From contig CBDCJH010000002.1 of NCBI GenBank assembly GCA_965217775.1, positions 1,696,001-1,760,000 of the forward strand: a stretch of 64,000 nt of DNA, in the 5' to 3' direction. Made by a program: the position numbers and the translations under genes. Origin of the DNA: Acidobacteriota bacterium (GTDB taxonomy: Bacteria > Acidobacteriota > UBA6911 > RPQK01 > JAJDTT01). Below are positions 1 to 12,716 of this stretch, piece after piece (position 1 is the stretch's first letter; each line of letters starts with the position of its first letter). The notes beneath the pieces are model-generated. The model searched no databases and was not told the DNA's origin. It worked only from the letters and a program-made list of their open reading frames with translations.

Positions 1-174
<174 letters not shown>

Positions 175-253
175 AGAATTTTTTGTTGCCGCGAAGCTCA
201 GGTGTTGCCTATAACAGGCAAGGGTTGCCGCTTTTTCCAGATGAAGAAGGTTT

Positions 254-370
254 TCCGGTGACTGTGGCGGAGGGGAAACACCTGTTCCCATCCCGAACAC
301 AGAAGTTAAGCCCTCCAGCGCCGATGATACTGCATGGGTAACTGTGTGGGAAAGTAGGTCGTTGCCGGGA
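254..370 (+). rRNA. rrf: 5S rRNA
   Basis: Motifs CACCTGTTCCCATCCCGAACACAGAAGTTAAG, GCCGATGATACT and GGAAAGTAGG; terminal stem TCCGGTGAC / GTTGCCGGGA. Confidence 0.97.
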
Positions 371-374
371 TTTT

Positions 375-411
375 AATGGAAAAGGGCCTCCTCGTGAGGC
401 CCTTTTCCATT
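375..411. terminator. Bidirectional intrinsic terminator between the rRNA operon and convergent mutL
   Basis: Perfect 16-bp inverted repeat AATGGAAAAGGGCCTC-ctcgt-GAGGCCCTTTTCCATT with T-runs on both strands. Confidence 0.85.
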
Positions 412-469
412 TGTGTCTGCTCGCCGGGATTCTGATCCGCTCGGCCCGGCGTTTTCCCATTCAATGCGT

Positions 470-2305
470 TCAAATCCGCTTGAAGCCACGAAGGATCTCT
501 TCGATACCAACCCTGAGAACGATGGGACGCCCGTGGGGACAGGTATATGGGGCCTCACAGACCATGAGTCGATCCAAGAGCCACTGGATTTTCTCTCGAG
601 ACAGCGGAGTGTTTATCTTGATGGCACTACGACAGGCCAGACTGATTGCGATCTTCTCCCGTCGGCGCCGAAGTGAAGAGCCCTCCGCGACCGTTAGCGT
701 CTCCTCACCCTGAAAGCTGCTCAAAATCTCCTCAAAGAGTTCCATCGCGTCGCATGATCGGGCCAGCGCAGGCAGACCGCGCACCAGGATCGTCCGGTCC
801 CCGAACCATTCCACGGCGAAGCCATTGTGGTTGAGATCACCCAGAATCTCCTCCAGGGTAGCCTTCTGCTCCGGCGTCAACTCCAGCTTCAACGGATCCA
901 ACAGATACTGCGTCGGCGTATCGCCTGCCTCGTCCAACTCCTTAAGGGCTCGATCGTAGAGAATCCTTTCGTGGGCAACATGTTGGTCGATCAGCAAAAC
1001 ACCATCTCTGTCCGCCGCGACGATGAAGCTCTCGACGAACTGCCCCAGAACGACGGGGACCGTGCTGATGGCGCTGGTCTCCGGGATGTTGTCCATATGG
1101 GGGTCGGCCGCGCCTTCCCGAACAACCGGCGTCGGCGTCGGAGCAACGGAGTCCCGGCTGAGATCGGCCCCACCTCCATAAGAGGGCGGGGAAAAGAGGG
1201 ACGCCGCAGGATGGCCAGTATGGAATCGGGCTTGAACCGCGGGGTGGGGTGCATTTCGGGAGAATGACGGCGGCAGGTCTCTCGCCAAGCTCGACAGGTC
1301 GACCCTGCGTTGCTGCAAGGCTTCCTCGACAGCGTGCAGTACGGCGGAATGGACGGCCCCGCTGTGACGAAAACGAACCTCTGTCTTTGCCGGGTGGACG
1401 TTGACGTCCACAGCCTCGGGATCGACCTCGAGAAAGAGCAGAACTCGGGGATGAGACCGGGCCGGCATGGTATCCCGGTAGGCTTCTCGAACGGCATGGG
1501 CCATGACCCGGTCGCGGACCATTCGCCGATTTACGAACAGGAATTGCGACGCCGTACTGCTTCTATGGTCGTGGGGGAGAGACACGAATCCCCTCACCCG
1601 AAGGTTGTTCTTCCGGTAGTCGACGGGAACCAGGTTCTCCAGAAAGGACTCACCCAATACCTGGAAAACACGATCCTCGATCCCCACGGAAACATCTGCC
1701 TCCAATAGCAATCGGTTATGGTGGCTGAAATGGAACCGGACCGACGGGTAAGCGAGACAATAGTGGGTGAGCTGTCGCGTGAGGTGCCCAAGGTCGGTAG
1801 AATAAGATTTAAGAAATTTCTTTCTTGCCGGAACGTTATAGAATAACTCCTCTACCAGAACCTCAGTCCCCTTGGGGCAGGAAATTTCTCGGATTTCGAC
1901 GAGTTGCCCTCCCTGAATCTGCACTTCGGTTCCCGGTTCCTGAGAACCGGACTCGGAATAGGCACAGGTCCTGAGTCTCAGACGGGAGACTGATGCGATG
2001 GAAGGAAGCGCTTCTCCCCGAAAACCCAGTGTCCGAATTCGTGTCAGGTCTTCCAAGGTCCTGATTTTGCTGGTGGCATGGCGCTCGAAGGCAAGTTGGG
2101 CGTCTTCGGGACTCATTCCCACGCCATTGTCGCGGACGCAGAGCAGACGCTGGCCACCAGCCTCGGCCCGAACCGTGATGGACGTCGCTCCCGCATCCAG
2201 TGAGTTTTCCAATAACTCCTTGAGAACGGAAGCGGGACGTTCGACAATCTCGCCCGCAGCGATCTGATGGGTCAGGACTTCGGGTAAGAGCTGAACCTTG
2301 CCCAT
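470..2305 (-). CDS. mutL: DNA mismatch repair endonuclease MutL
   Basis: IAAGEIVERPASVLKELLENSLDAGA, GFRGEAL, VDVNVHPAKTEVRF, endonuclease motif DQHVAHERILY, CPHGRP. Confidence 0.97.
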   Translation of the reverse strand: MGKVQLLPEVLTHQIAAGEIVERPASVLKELLENSLDAGATSITVRAEAGGQRLLCVRDNGVGMSPEDAQLAFERHATSKIRTLEDLTRIRTLGFRGEALPSIASVSRLRLRTCAYSESGSQEPGTEVQIQGGQLVEIREISCPKGTEVLVEELFYNVPARKKFLKSYSTDLGHLTRQLTHYCLAYPSVRFHFSHHNRLLLEADVSVGIEDRVFQVLGESFLENLVPVDYRKNNLRVRGFVSLPHDHRSSTASQFLFVNRRMVRDRVMAHAVREAYRDTMPARSHPRVLLFLEVDPEAVDVNVHPAKTEVRFRHSGAVHSAVLHAVEEALQQRRVDLSSLARDLPPSFSRNAPHPAVQARFHTGHPAASLFSPPSYGGGADLSRDSVAPTPTPVVREGAADPHMDNIPETSAISTVPVVLGQFVESFIVAADRDGVLLIDQHVAHERILYDRALKELDEAGDTPTQYLLDPLKLELTPEQKATLEEILGDLNHNGFAVEWFGDRTILVRGLPALARSCDAMELFEEILSSFQGEETLTVAEGSSLRRRREKIAISLACRSAIKINTPLSREKIQWLLDRLMVCEAPYTCPHGRPIVLRVGIEEILRGFKRI

Positions 2306-2314
2306 TCGTGTATC

Positions 2315-4126
2315 TCAGGTCAGCCGCAAATGGAGTTCCCGTTGCTGCCGCAGACTGACCCCAGACGGCGAGCCCGACATGAGATCCATTGCTCTGGCGG
2401 TCTTGGGAAAGCAGATAACGTCACGAATGGATGGTTCGCCTGCCAGGATCATGACGATTCTGTCCAGACCCAGAGCAATGCCACCATGGGGAGGCACACC
2501 GAAACGGAGCGCATCGAGGAAGAAGCCGAACTTGGCTTGCATTTCCTCCGGACCGATCCGCAACGCCTCGAAGACCCGTGCCTGCAGCTCCTGACTGTGG
2601 ATACGAATCGATCCTCCGCCGATCTCCGTGCCATTCAGAACCACGTCGTACGCCTTGGCACGGACTCGTTCCGGCGCGCTATCCAGCAGGTGCAAATCCT
2701 CCTCTTTCGGAGAGGTGAACGGATGATGACAAGCCAGAAAGCGGGAGTCCTCTTCGCTCCACTCCAGGAGCGGGAAATCGTAGACCCAGAGGCAGTCCCG
2801 CCGATCGTCCGAGATCAGATCCTGCTGTTTTGCCAGATGGAGCCTCAGTAGGGACAGGGTATTGTTGACCTGAGATTCGGCTCCAGCCACCATCAGCAGG
2901 ATGTCGCCGACTTCAAGTTCACCCAATGCCGCCGCGTTCTGGAGCACCGAGGAACCGACGCTCTTGGGCAACGAACTCTTGAAGCCACCTGTCGTGGACT
3001 TGATCCAGGCCAAACCGCCGGTTCCGAGCTCCGTGACAAACCGGGTCAATTCGTCGGTCTCCCGGCGAGTGTAAGCTGCCTTTCCCGGAACCCGAATTCC
3101 CCGGATACATCCTCCTTCCTCCAGCACCCGGCGGAAGATCTGGAATCCGCTCTCCTCAAAGGCGTTCCCCACGTCCCGCAATTCCAATCCGAACCGGGTA
3201 TCGGGCCGATCCGTCCCGTACCGGGACATGGCTGCGGCGTAACTGAGTCTGGGGAAGGGCACCGCCAGATCGTATCCCGCAACCTTGAAGATTCGTTGGA
3301 GCAGGGACTCCACGAGCTGGAAGACATCTTCAGGTTGAACAAAGGACATCTCGATGTCTATCTGGGTGAACTCGGGTTGTCGATCGGCTCGGAGGTCCTC
3401 GTCACGAAAGCAGCGAACGATCTGGAAGTATCGATCGAAGCCGGAAACCATCAGGAGCTGCTTGAACAACTGCGGCGACTGGGGAAGGGCATAGAACTGT
3501 CCCCGGTGGACGCGGCTGGGAACCAGGTAGTCCCGCGCTCCCTCCGGCGTGGACTTGGTCAGGAAGGGAGTTTCGATTTCCAGGAAACCGTGGCGGTCCA
3601 TCAGTTTGCGGGTTTCCAGGCAAATTTCGTGACGCAGCCGTACGTTAGCTTGCATCCGTGGCCGGCGCAAATCCAGATAGCGGTAACGAAGCCGCGTCTC
3701 CTCCGAAATCCCCTGTTCCTCGGAGATGGGAAAAGGCGGGGTCTGGGAGGCACTCAGGAGCCGAATTTCCTCTGCCCGGACTTCTAACGTGCCTGTCGGA
3801 ATCTGCACATTGACAGTCTCCTCGCCGCGTTCGATCACGTTACCCACGACGGCGACGACATCCTCGGACCGGAGCTCCTTTGCCTTGTCGAGGATCGCCT
3901 TGTCTTCCGCACTGGCGACGACTTGCACCGTCCCTTCGCGGTCCCTGAGATCTATGAAAATCAGGTTGCCCAGATCCCGGGTCCTGTCCACCCAACCCAT
4001 GACGGTCACACGGTTGCCCACATCTCTTGGCCGTATCGCCCCACAGCGGTGGCTGCGGTGGAGACTGTCCATGCTGTCGATGCTGTAGGCAGGTCGATTC
4101 AGCGCTTGCTTGCCGGCGGTTGCCAC
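2315..4126 (-). CDS. aspS: Aspartate--tRNA ligase
   Basis: [68 protein letters not shown]; GGAGG before the GTG start. Confidence 0.97.
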   Translation of the reverse strand: MATAGKQALNRPAYSIDSMDSLHRSHRCGAIRPRDVGNRVTVMGWVDRTRDLGNLIFIDLRDREGTVQVVASAEDKAILDKAKELRSEDVVAVVGNVIERGEETVNVQIPTGTLEVRAEEIRLLSASQTPPFPISEEQGISEETRLRYRYLDLRRPRMQANVRLRHEICLETRKLMDRHGFLEIETPFLTKSTPEGARDYLVPSRVHRGQFYALPQSPQLFKQLLMVSGFDRYFQIVRCFRDEDLRADRQPEFTQIDIEMSFVQPEDVFQLVESLLQRIFKVAGYDLAVPFPRLSYAAAMSRYGTDRPDTRFGLELRDVGNAFEESGFQIFRRVLEEGGCIRGIRVPGKAAYTRRETDELTRFVTELGTGGLAWIKSTTGGFKSSLPKSVGSSVLQNAAALGELEVGDILLMVAGAESQVNNTLSLLRLHLAKQQDLISDDRRDCLWVYDFPLLEWSEEDSRFLACHHPFTSPKEEDLHLLDSAPERVRAKAYDVVLNGTEIGGGSIRIHSQELQARVFEALRIGPEEMQAKFGFFLDALRFGVPPHGGIALGLDRIVMILAGEPSIRDVICFPKTARAMDLMSGSPSGVSLRQQRELHLRLT

Positions 4127-4144
4127 TTCTCTGATCCTCCTCCC

Positions 4145-5407
4145 TCACGCCGATTTTACGTGTTGGGAGATGCGTCCCTGCTGCAATCGAGTCTGGGTTC
4201 CATCGGCCATTCTCTTGATGGAGTAAAGCCCGGTGCGAATCTCGTCGTCTCCGATGACGCATACGAACCGAGCTCCGAGCCGATTGGCCAAGCGCATCTG
4301 GCCCCGGAGCTTGCGTCTGCCAAAGTCCACGTAGGCAAAAATCCCCTCTCGCCGAAGGTCTCGAGCCAGAATGAACGCTTTTTCCAGTGACTCCTCATCC
4401 AGATAGGCGAGAAAGATCTCAGGCCGTGGGGAACGATAGCTTGCAGCCAACTTGTGGTTTTGGGACAGGAGCAGAACGAGACGCTCCAGACCCAGGCCAA
4501 AACCGAACCCTTTTGCCGGTGGACCCTCCAAGAGCTCAGACAGTCCGTCGTAACGCCCGCCTCCCAGCAACGCGTTCTGGGTCGGGCCCAAGCGATCGGT
4601 CACCATCTCGAACGTGGTCCGCACGTAGTAGTCCAGACCTCGAACCAATCGAGGCGTCACCGCGTAGGGAATCCCAATCAGATCCAGGAACTCCCGAAAG
4701 CGGCCGAAGTGATCCCGGCATTCGTGGCACAGGTGGTCCAGGATCGAGGGGAGACTGTCAATGACCGGAGAACAGGACGGTTTCTTGCAGTCCAGGACGC
4801 GAAGGGGATTCCGCCGGGACCGCCTCTGACACTCTGCGCAAAGATCCGGCTCGGCCAGCAACCTTGCCTGGAGGAGGCGAACGTAGGCCGGCCGACAGGA
4901 CAGGCAGCCCACGGAATTCACCAGCAGCCGGACCCCCCGAACTCCCAGTTCGTCCAGCAAGACATGAAGCATCTCCATCACTTCCGCCTCGATGCCCGGA
5001 TGATCCGAGCCCAGAACTTCGGCTCCGATCTGATGGAACTGGCGATAGCGGCCTTTCTGAGGTCTCTCCCTGCGAAACATGGGTCCGACGTAATAAAGCT
5101 TTGCAAGACCGCTCTTCCGATTCAGATGATGCTCCAGATAAGATCGAACTACGGGTGCCGTGCCCTCGGGCCGGAGGCTGATGTCACGGCCACGCCGAGC
5201 CGGTATCGTGTACATTTCCTTCTGAACGATGTCCGTCTCCTGTCCGAGACTACGGCAGAATAGATTGGTTTCCTCCAGTACCGGGGTCCGGATCTCGCCG
5301 TAGCCATAGCGCCGGAAGAGTAGACGAACCTTCTCTTCGATCTCCTGCCACAGTTCCACGCTACCGGGGAGAATGTCGTGGGTTCCCCGAACTGAGCGAA
5401 CGTTCAT
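4145..5407 (-). CDS. hisS: Histidine--tRNA ligase
   Basis: LRPEGTA, FRRERPQKGRYRQFHQ, RGLDYY, GGGRYDGL. Confidence 0.97.
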   Translation of the reverse strand: MNVRSVRGTHDILPGSVELWQEIEEKVRLLFRRYGYGEIRTPVLEETNLFCRSLGQETDIVQKEMYTIPARRGRDISLRPEGTAPVVRSYLEHHLNRKSGLAKLYYVGPMFRRERPQKGRYRQFHQIGAEVLGSDHPGIEAEVMEMLHVLLDELGVRGVRLLVNSVGCLSCRPAYVRLLQARLLAEPDLCAECQRRSRRNPLRVLDCKKPSCSPVIDSLPSILDHLCHECRDHFGRFREFLDLIGIPYAVTPRLVRGLDYYVRTTFEMVTDRLGPTQNALLGGGRYDGLSELLEGPPAKGFGFGLGLERLVLLLSQNHKLAASYRSPRPEIFLAYLDEESLEKAFILARDLRREGIFAYVDFGRRKLRGQMRLANRLGARFVCVIGDDEIRTGLYSIKRMADGTQTRLQQGRISQHVKSA

Positions 5408-5418
5408 GATGGGGCCCG

Positions 5419-5424
5419 ATTATA
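5419..5424 (-). promoter_or_regulatory. Putative -10 box (TATAAT) for hisS-aspS-mutL
   Basis: Perfect TATAAT 11 nt upstream of the hisS ATG; no SD sequence. Confidence 0.5.
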
Positions 5425-5445
5425 CCCTACCCCCTAGAATCGAAA

Positions 5446-5585
5446 GCCGGGCATGAACCGTGTCAGGGAAGGGATCCCCTCCGGGAGGCGGAAAGACGGC
5501 CATTCCACCTGGGCTGCGGTGCCGCATTCGGAATAGCCTGAAATATGAACGTCTCGTGGATCTTGAGCCGGGGGTCAAGGCCGGC
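5446..5585 (+). ncRNA. ssrS: Putative 6S RNA
   Basis: Nested stems GCCGG/CCGGC, TGAACC/GGGTCA, GATCC/GGATC, GAGGCG/CGTCTC, GGCCATTCC/GGAATAGCC and TGCGG/CCGCA around a central bubble. CTTGAGCCGGGGGTCAAG resembles E. coli 6S CTTGAACCAAGGGTTCAAG. TAGAAT at 5435-5440. Ends and strand uncertain. Confidence 0.6.
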
Positions 5586-5635
5586 CGAACACCGTGGCGA
5601 CTATTGCCGAAGACTTCTGAAAAGTCCGGGTCGAC

Positions 5636-6514
5636 TCATTCTTGATTCGCGTACTCTCCAATTTTCCGGAACTTTTCATGGCGAGAATCGATTCGATCTT
5701 CGGGGTCCAGAGCGGAAACCTCCTCCAAGTGGCGCGAAAGCGCCCGGGACAGTTCGGCCGTCGTCTGATCCCAATCCTTATGGGCACCTCCCGGAGGCTC
5801 CGCAACAATCTCATCGACGATTTCGAACCGCATCAGATCCTGAGCGGTGAGCTTCAGGCTCTGGGCGGCCTCGCGAACATGATTCTGATCTTTCCACAAG
5901 ATGGCGGAGCAGCTTTCCGGAGAAATGACGGAGTAGATGGAATTCTCCAGCATGAGGATCCTATCCGCCAAACCCACGGCGAGGGCGCCTCCGCTGCCAC
6001 CCTCTCCCAGAACGGTCGCAATGATGGGAACCCGAAGTCCGGCCATGGAACGAAGGTTGTAGGCTATAGCTTCAGCCTGACCCCGCTTTTCGGCTCCCAG
6101 TCCAGGATAGGCGCCGGGGGTGTCGATAAAGGTCAGGACGGGGCGTCCAAACTTTTCAGCCAACTTCATCAACCGCAACGCCTTACGATATCCCTCAGGC
6201 TTCGGCATTCCGTAATTGCGCTCCAAGCGATCTTTCGTATTGCGCCCCTTCTGGTGACCCAAAACCATGACGGCCGCACCCTTGAAACTGGCCATCCCGC
6301 CCACGATCGCCCGGTCGTCCGCATACTTGCGGTCGCCGTGGATCTCCCGAAACGAATCAAAGAGACGCTCGAAGCAATCCAGCGTGTAGGGTCGATCCTG
6401 GTGCCGTGAGATCTGCACTCTGTCCCACGCTTCGCCAGGGGACGATGGACCGGTTCGCTGCCCATCCGGCTGACGAGCCTGTTCCTGAACCCGGAATCGC
6501 GAGTGCTCTTCCAT
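5636..6514 (-). CDS. accA: Acetyl-CoA carboxylase carboxyltransferase subunit alpha
   Basis: HGDR, GHQKGR, PEGYRKALRLM, DTPGAYPG, GEGGSGGALA, YSVISPE. Confidence 0.96.
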   Translation of the reverse strand: MEEHSRFRVQEQARQPDGQRTGPSSPGEAWDRVQISRHQDRPYTLDCFERLFDSFREIHGDRKYADDRAIVGGMASFKGAAVMVLGHQKGRNTKDRLERNYGMPKPEGYRKALRLMKLAEKFGRPVLTFIDTPGAYPGLGAEKRGQAEAIAYNLRSMAGLRVPIIATVLGEGGSGGALAVGLADRILMLENSIYSVISPESCSAILWKDQNHVREAAQSLKLTAQDLMRFEIVDEIVAEPPGGAHKDWDQTTAELSRALSRHLEEVSALDPEDRIDSRHEKFRKIGEYANQE

Positions 6515-6664
6515 CTGTTATTTGAGTGTAACGATTCTTCGTGCCTTCTCGATGGTCATAGGGTCACGTCGAAGGTCACTTAGGAAATTGGTTGCGAGCC
6601 GATCAGGCGGCACGAGTCGTGTGGCTGCGGGAATTCGACTCCTGTTCTGGATCGGACGTCAGCC

Positions 6665-9600
6665 CTAAGTATACAGGGTGACGGAGCTTTTCCCAAAAAG
6701 ATCTTCCACCGCAGTGACGAAGGAAGGAATCGGGTTGACGGCAAGCTCCTGGACGGGGATCAGTCGAATTCGATACGACTCCTGCTCGACCAGCTCGAAT
6801 TGCAGGGGGCACTTACCCGGGTGGCGGCTCACCAGATCATGGAGACCAGTGACCTTGTCGGTGTCTAGGGAGGGCAATGGGATGGTGATCCGCGCAGACT
6901 GGACGGCGCCGTTCCAGAGACTGTCCAGGGGGACCAGGTCGGAACAGAGGATGCGCATCTTGCCGCGGACGTCCGACTCGCACCGGCCGCGCAGCAACAC
7001 CGGCGGAGCCGACTCCAACAGGGATTGGCACCTGCGGTAGGCCTTGGGCCAGACCAGGACATCCACGCTCCCCGAGAGGTCCTCCAGGACGAAGGTCGCC
7101 ATGGCGTCCCCCTTGCGGGTCGTGAGCTGCTTGACCTCTGTGATCAACCCGCCAATCGAGAGCTCCCGCCCCCCCGTTTCCTCCGAAACCTCCCGCGCCT
7201 TGACGTCCGAGAAGCGCGCCAGCTCCGCTTGGTAGCCCTTGAGAGGGTGTCCCGTGACATAGTGGCCGAGTGCTTCCTTCTCATAGCGCCATTTCAGGTC
7301 GTCTGGCCATTCTGCTTCCGATTCCCTCGCCGGCGGTGCAGCCGCCACCGGTCCCATCCCCCGCTGAAAGAGATTCAACTGCCCGCTGATCCGGTCCTTT
7401 TGCGCCTTTTGCGCCCTTTCGATGGCTCGTTCCAGGTTCTCCAACAAGCCTCTTCGAGACCGCTTCAAGGAATCGAATGCTCCGGACTTGATCAACGCCT
7501 CCAGGACCCGTTTGTTGAGGGTCCGCAAGTCCACATGTTCCAGAAAATGGGAAAAGCTGGTGAAGGTCTTCACTTCGTCTCGACATGAGAGTATCGAACG
7601 AATGGCGGCCTCTCCCACGTTCCGTATGGCGGCGAGACCGAACTGGATACTCTCCCCGCGGGCCGAGAAGTGGAGAGTTCCACTATTGATGGTCGGTGGC
7701 AGAACCCGTATGCGCACGTCGCGGCACTCGTTCAGGTACTGGACCATCTTGTCGGTGTTGGAGATCTCGCTGGTCAGCAGGGCCGCCATGAACTGCACCG
7801 GATAGTGGCTCTTCAGATAGGCGGTCTGATAGGCCAGGATCGCATACGCGGTGGAGTGGCTCTTGTTGAAACCGTACCCCGCGAACTGCTCGATGAGATC
7901 GTAGATCTTTTGAGCTTTTTTGGAATCGATGTCCCGTTCCCGACAGCCCTCCAGGAACTTCTTCTTCTGGCCCTGCATGACCTTCTTCTTCTTCTTTCCC
8001 ATGGCCCGGCGGAGCAGATCGGCTTCACCCAGAGAGAAACCAGCCAATTTGCTGGCAATCTGCATGACCTGTTCCTGGTACACGATGACGCCATAGGTCT
8101 CTCGCAGGATTTCCTCCAACTCGGGCACTTCGTACCGGATTTTGACCTTGCCGTGCCGGCGCCCCACAAAGTCGTCGATCATCCCTCCCTGGATGGGACC
8201 GGGACGGTAGAGGGCATTCATGGCGATGAGGTCTTCGAAACGGCTGGGCTGCAGCTGTTTCAAGATTTCCCTCATCCCCCGGGACTCGAACTGGAAGATG
8301 CCGGTGGTTCGGCCCTCGCAAAACAGCCGGAAAGTATCCTCATCCTGGAGATTGATCTCATCCAGATTGATTTCCAGCTTCGACTGCTCTCGAATCTGCT
8401 CCAGGGTCTGTTCGATGACCGTCAGCGTGGTCAGCGCCAGGAAATCCATCTTGAGCAGCCCCAGCCGCTCCAGGTCGTTCATCGTGTATTGGGTAGTGAT
8501 TTCACCCTTGCTCGACTTGTACAAGGGGATGAGCTCAGTCAGCGGTCTTGGGGCAATGACGATACCGGCGGCGTGGGTGGACGCGTGCCGGGCCAGTCCT
8601 TCCAGGCGCTGAGCCACGGTCAGAAGCTGCTCGTAACGCTCATCGCCGGCTGTGAGGTCCCGGAGTTCCTTGACCGTCTCCAGAGACTTTTTCAAGGTGA
8701 CGTCAGGACCCGAGGGGACCAGGCGGGCGATGCGGTCAACCTCGCCGTAGGGAATGTTGAGGCCGCGCCCCACGTCCCGAATGGCTCCCCGGGCGGCCAT
8801 GGTTCCAAAGGTGATGATCTGACTGACGTTGTCGCGTCCGTACTTTTGGGTCACATAGTCGATGACCTGGCTCCGGCGATGCATGCAGAAGTCGATATCG
8901 ATGTCGGGTGGAGTGACCCGCTCCGGATTCAAGAATCGTTCGAAGAGTAGACCATACTGAAGCGGGTCCACATCGGTGATCTGCATGGCATAGGAGACCA
9001 GACTGCCGGCTGCCGATCCCCGCCCGGGACCTACGGCGATCCCCTGTTCCCGTGCGTATCTCATGAAATCCCAGACGATCAGGAAATATCCGGAAAATTT
9101 CATTTTCTGAATCATGGCGATTTCCTGATCCAGACGCTGGGAATACTGCTCGATTGAAGGGGCCGGCCCGTCCGAGCCCTGCTGCTGCTTCAAGGTCTCC
9201 ATCCGCCGGGAGAACCCCTCTCGAACCACGGACTCGAAGTAGGAATCCAACGTATTTTCAGCGGGAACTTCAAACTCCGGAAACACCGATCCGGAGTCTT
9301 GCAACCGGAACTCACACTGCTCGGCAACGGCCAGGGTGTTGGAAAGCGCTCCCGGGACGTGGCCGAAGAGTTGAGCCATCTGCTCCGGGGTCTTCAAGAA
9401 AAACTGATCGGTCCGGTAGCTCAGCCGGTTGGTGTCCTGGACCGTCTTTCCGGTCTGGATGCAAAGCAGGACATCGTGGGGAAAGGAGTCCTCCTGGGAG
9501 AGATAATGGCAGTCGTTGGTCGCGACCAACGGAAGATCCAGTTCCTTGGCCAGACTTACGATCCCGGTATTCACCGACTTCTGCGCTTCTATGCCGTGGT

Positions 9601-10132
9601 CCTGCAGCTCCAGGTAGAAATGATCTTTGCCGAAGATCTCCGAGAGTTCCCCCGCCTCTTTGCGCGCTTTCTGGTAGCGATCCTGGTGTAGATTCCAGGC
9701 CACGATCCCCTTGAGACAGGCCGAGAGTCCGATCAATCCTTCGCTGTGCTGCTCCAGCAACTCACGGTCGATGCGCGGCCGATAGTAGAATCCCTCCAGA
9801 TAACCCAGCGAGACGAGTTTGACCAGGTTCTGATAGCCCTTTTGATTCCGAGCCAGGAGCACCAGATGGTTGCTTCCATCCGACCGGCCCGACTTGACCG
9901 TTCGTCCGTCCCGGGCAACGTAAACCTCGCAACCGATAATGGGGTTGACCCCGGTTTTGACTCCCGCATCGTGGAACTGGATGGCTCCAAACAGATTGCC
10001 GTGATCCGTCAAGGCGATCGCCGGCATCTTCAGTTCAGACGCTCTCTTGAAGAGGGCGTCGATCTTGTTGGCTCCATCCAACAGGCTGAAATGGCTATGA
10101 ACGTGCAGATGGACAAATTCAGCTTGGCCCAT
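6665..10132 (-). CDS. dnaE: DNA polymerase III subunit alpha
   Basis: PHP domain (HLHVHSHFSLLDG), GPGRGSAAGS, PDIDIDF, KMDFL, YGFNKSHS, C-terminal OB fold; no intein. Confidence 0.97.
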   Translation of the reverse strand: MGQAEFVHLHVHSHFSLLDGANKIDALFKRASELKMPAIALTDHGNLFGAIQFHDAGVKTGVNPIIGCEVYVARDGRTVKSGRSDGSNHLVLLARNQKGYQNLVKLVSLGYLEGFYYRPRIDRELLEQHSEGLIGLSACLKGIVAWNLHQDRYQKARKEAGELSEIFGKDHFYLELQDHGIEAQKSVNTGIVSLAKELDLPLVATNDCHYLSQEDSFPHDVLLCIQTGKTVQDTNRLSYRTDQFFLKTPEQMAQLFGHVPGALSNTLAVAEQCEFRLQDSGSVFPEFEVPAENTLDSYFESVVREGFSRRMETLKQQQGSDGPAPSIEQYSQRLDQEIAMIQKMKFSGYFLIVWDFMRYAREQGIAVGPGRGSAAGSLVSYAMQITDVDPLQYGLLFERFLNPERVTPPDIDIDFCMHRRSQVIDYVTQKYGRDNVSQIITFGTMAARGAIRDVGRGLNIPYGEVDRIARLVPSGPDVTLKKSLETVKELRDLTAGDERYEQLLTVAQRLEGLARHASTHAAGIVIAPRPLTELIPLYKSSKGEITTQYTMNDLERLGLLKMDFLALTTLTVIEQTLEQIREQSKLEINLDEINLQDEDTFRLFCEGRTTGIFQFESRGMREILKQLQPSRFEDLIAMNALYRPGPIQGGMIDDFVGRRHGKVKIRYEVPELEEILRETYGVIVYQEQVMQIASKLAGFSLGEADLLRRAMGKKKKKVMQGQKKKFLEGCRERDIDSKKAQKIYDLIEQFAGYGFNKSHSTAYAILAYQTAYLKSHYPVQFMAALLTSEISNTDKMVQYLNECRDVRIRVLPPTINSGTLHFSARGESIQFGLAAIRNVGEAAIRSILSCRDEVKTFTSFSHFLEHVDLRTLNKRVLEALIKSGAFDSLKRSRRGLLENLERAIERAQKAQKDRISGQLNLFQRGMGPVAAAPPARESEAEWPDDLKWRYEKEALGHYVTGHPLKGYQAELARFSDVKAREVSEETGGRELSIGGLITEVKQLTTRKGDAMATFVLEDLSGSVDVLVWPKAYRRCQSLLESAPPVLLRGRCESDVRGKMRILCSDLVPLDSLWNGAVQSARITIPLPSLDTDKVTGLHDLVSRHPGKCPLQFELVEQESYRIRLIPVQELAVNPIPSFVTAVEDLFGKSSVTLYT

Positions 10133-10214
10133 ATCGCTTAATTCCTGTGCGTTGGCAGCAAACCCGATATCTGGAGGGGTCCGGGTCCCGCTCCGTATCC
10201 AAGGCAGGGTCTGA

Positions 10215-11747
<1,533 letters not shown>

Positions 11748-11894
11748 CGGAACCTCTTTGTTCGGAACGGAATCGGCCCCTTGCCGAGTGACGGGAGCGG
11801 AGTATAGCACGCCATTCTGACCCCCAAGTGCCCTTGGCCGCCCGCGCTGCGCCCCCGCTTGACTCGGGTTCGGCCAGGCGGGACCATCTCCGGA

Positions 11895-12716
11895 ATGATC
11901 AGCGAGGAGACGCTTCAGGGATTCCTCCTTGGGATCTTGCAGGGACTCACCGAATTCCTGCCGGTGAGCAGTTCGGGTCACCTGATTCTGGTGCCCTGGC
12001 TCCTGGGCTGGCAGCCTCTCGGTCTGATTTTCGACATCGTGGTCCACATCGGGACTCTCCTGGCCGTACTGGTCTATTTCCGGCGCGAGTGGAAGCAGTT
12101 CCTGGTGACGGCGTTCGAGCGGGTGTTGGGCCGGTCCCGGAGCCGGAACTCTTTTCTGATGGACGCCATCCTTCTGGGGACGATTCCGGCGGTCGTGGCG
12201 GGAGGATTGCTGAAGCATGTGATCGAGGACTATCTCCGGACCCCCATGGTAACCGCATCCTGCCTCGGCCTTTTCGGCCTTCTCCTCTGGTGGACGGACC
12301 GTCACGGATCCAAGAATCGTTCGCTCCGGAGCCTGACCCGGAAAGACGGAGTTCTGATCGGATTGGCCCAGGTCCTGGCTCTCATGCCGGGGGTGAGCCG
12401 GGCGGGCATCACTCTGAGCGCGGGCCTGGCTCTGGGCCTCAATCGATCGGATGCCGCCCGGTTTGCCTTCCTCCTTTCAGCGCCCATCATGGCGCTGGCA
12501 GGGGCGTCTGCCGTCTACGACCTGCTCTCTGCCCGAACCGCGGAGGCGGCCGCCGGCGTGGCTGACTCCACGCTGCTCCTTGGTGTATCATCGTCTTTCG
12601 TTAGCGGCATCCTATGTATCCGGTTTTTTCTTCGCTTTCTGGAGCAGCGTACGCTGCTGCCGTTTGTCGTCTATCGATTCTTGCTGGCTGTTGTCATTTT
12701 CTGCTCGTCCCTCTGA
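11895..12716 (+). CDS. uppP: Undecaprenyl-diphosphate phosphatase (BacA)
   Basis: [14 protein letters not shown] and PGVSRAG motifs; multi-pass membrane protein. Confidence 0.94.
   Translation: MISEETLQGFLLGILQGLTEFLPVSSSGHLILVPWLLGWQPLGLIFDIVVHIGTLLAVLVYFRREWKQFLVTAFERVLGRSRSRNSFLMDAILLGTIPAVVAGGLLKHVIEDYLRTPMVTASCLGLFGLLLWWTDRHGSKNRSLRSLTRKDGVLIGLAQVLALMPGVSRAGITLSAGLALGLNRSDAARFAFLLSAPIMALAGASAVYDLLSARTAEAAAGVADSTLLLGVSSSFVSGILCIRFFLRFLEQRTLLPFVVYRFLLAVVIFCSSL

Noticed and set aside
5452-5480. SRP RNA (TGAACCGTGTCAGG resembles the SRP core)
   Set aside because: The required CCGGAAGG-AGCAG domain IV continuation is absent.
11748-12305. 185-aa N-terminal extension of GuaA in the ORF track
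   Set aside because: It is the antisense shadow of uppP; GuaA homology and an RBS begin at 11747.
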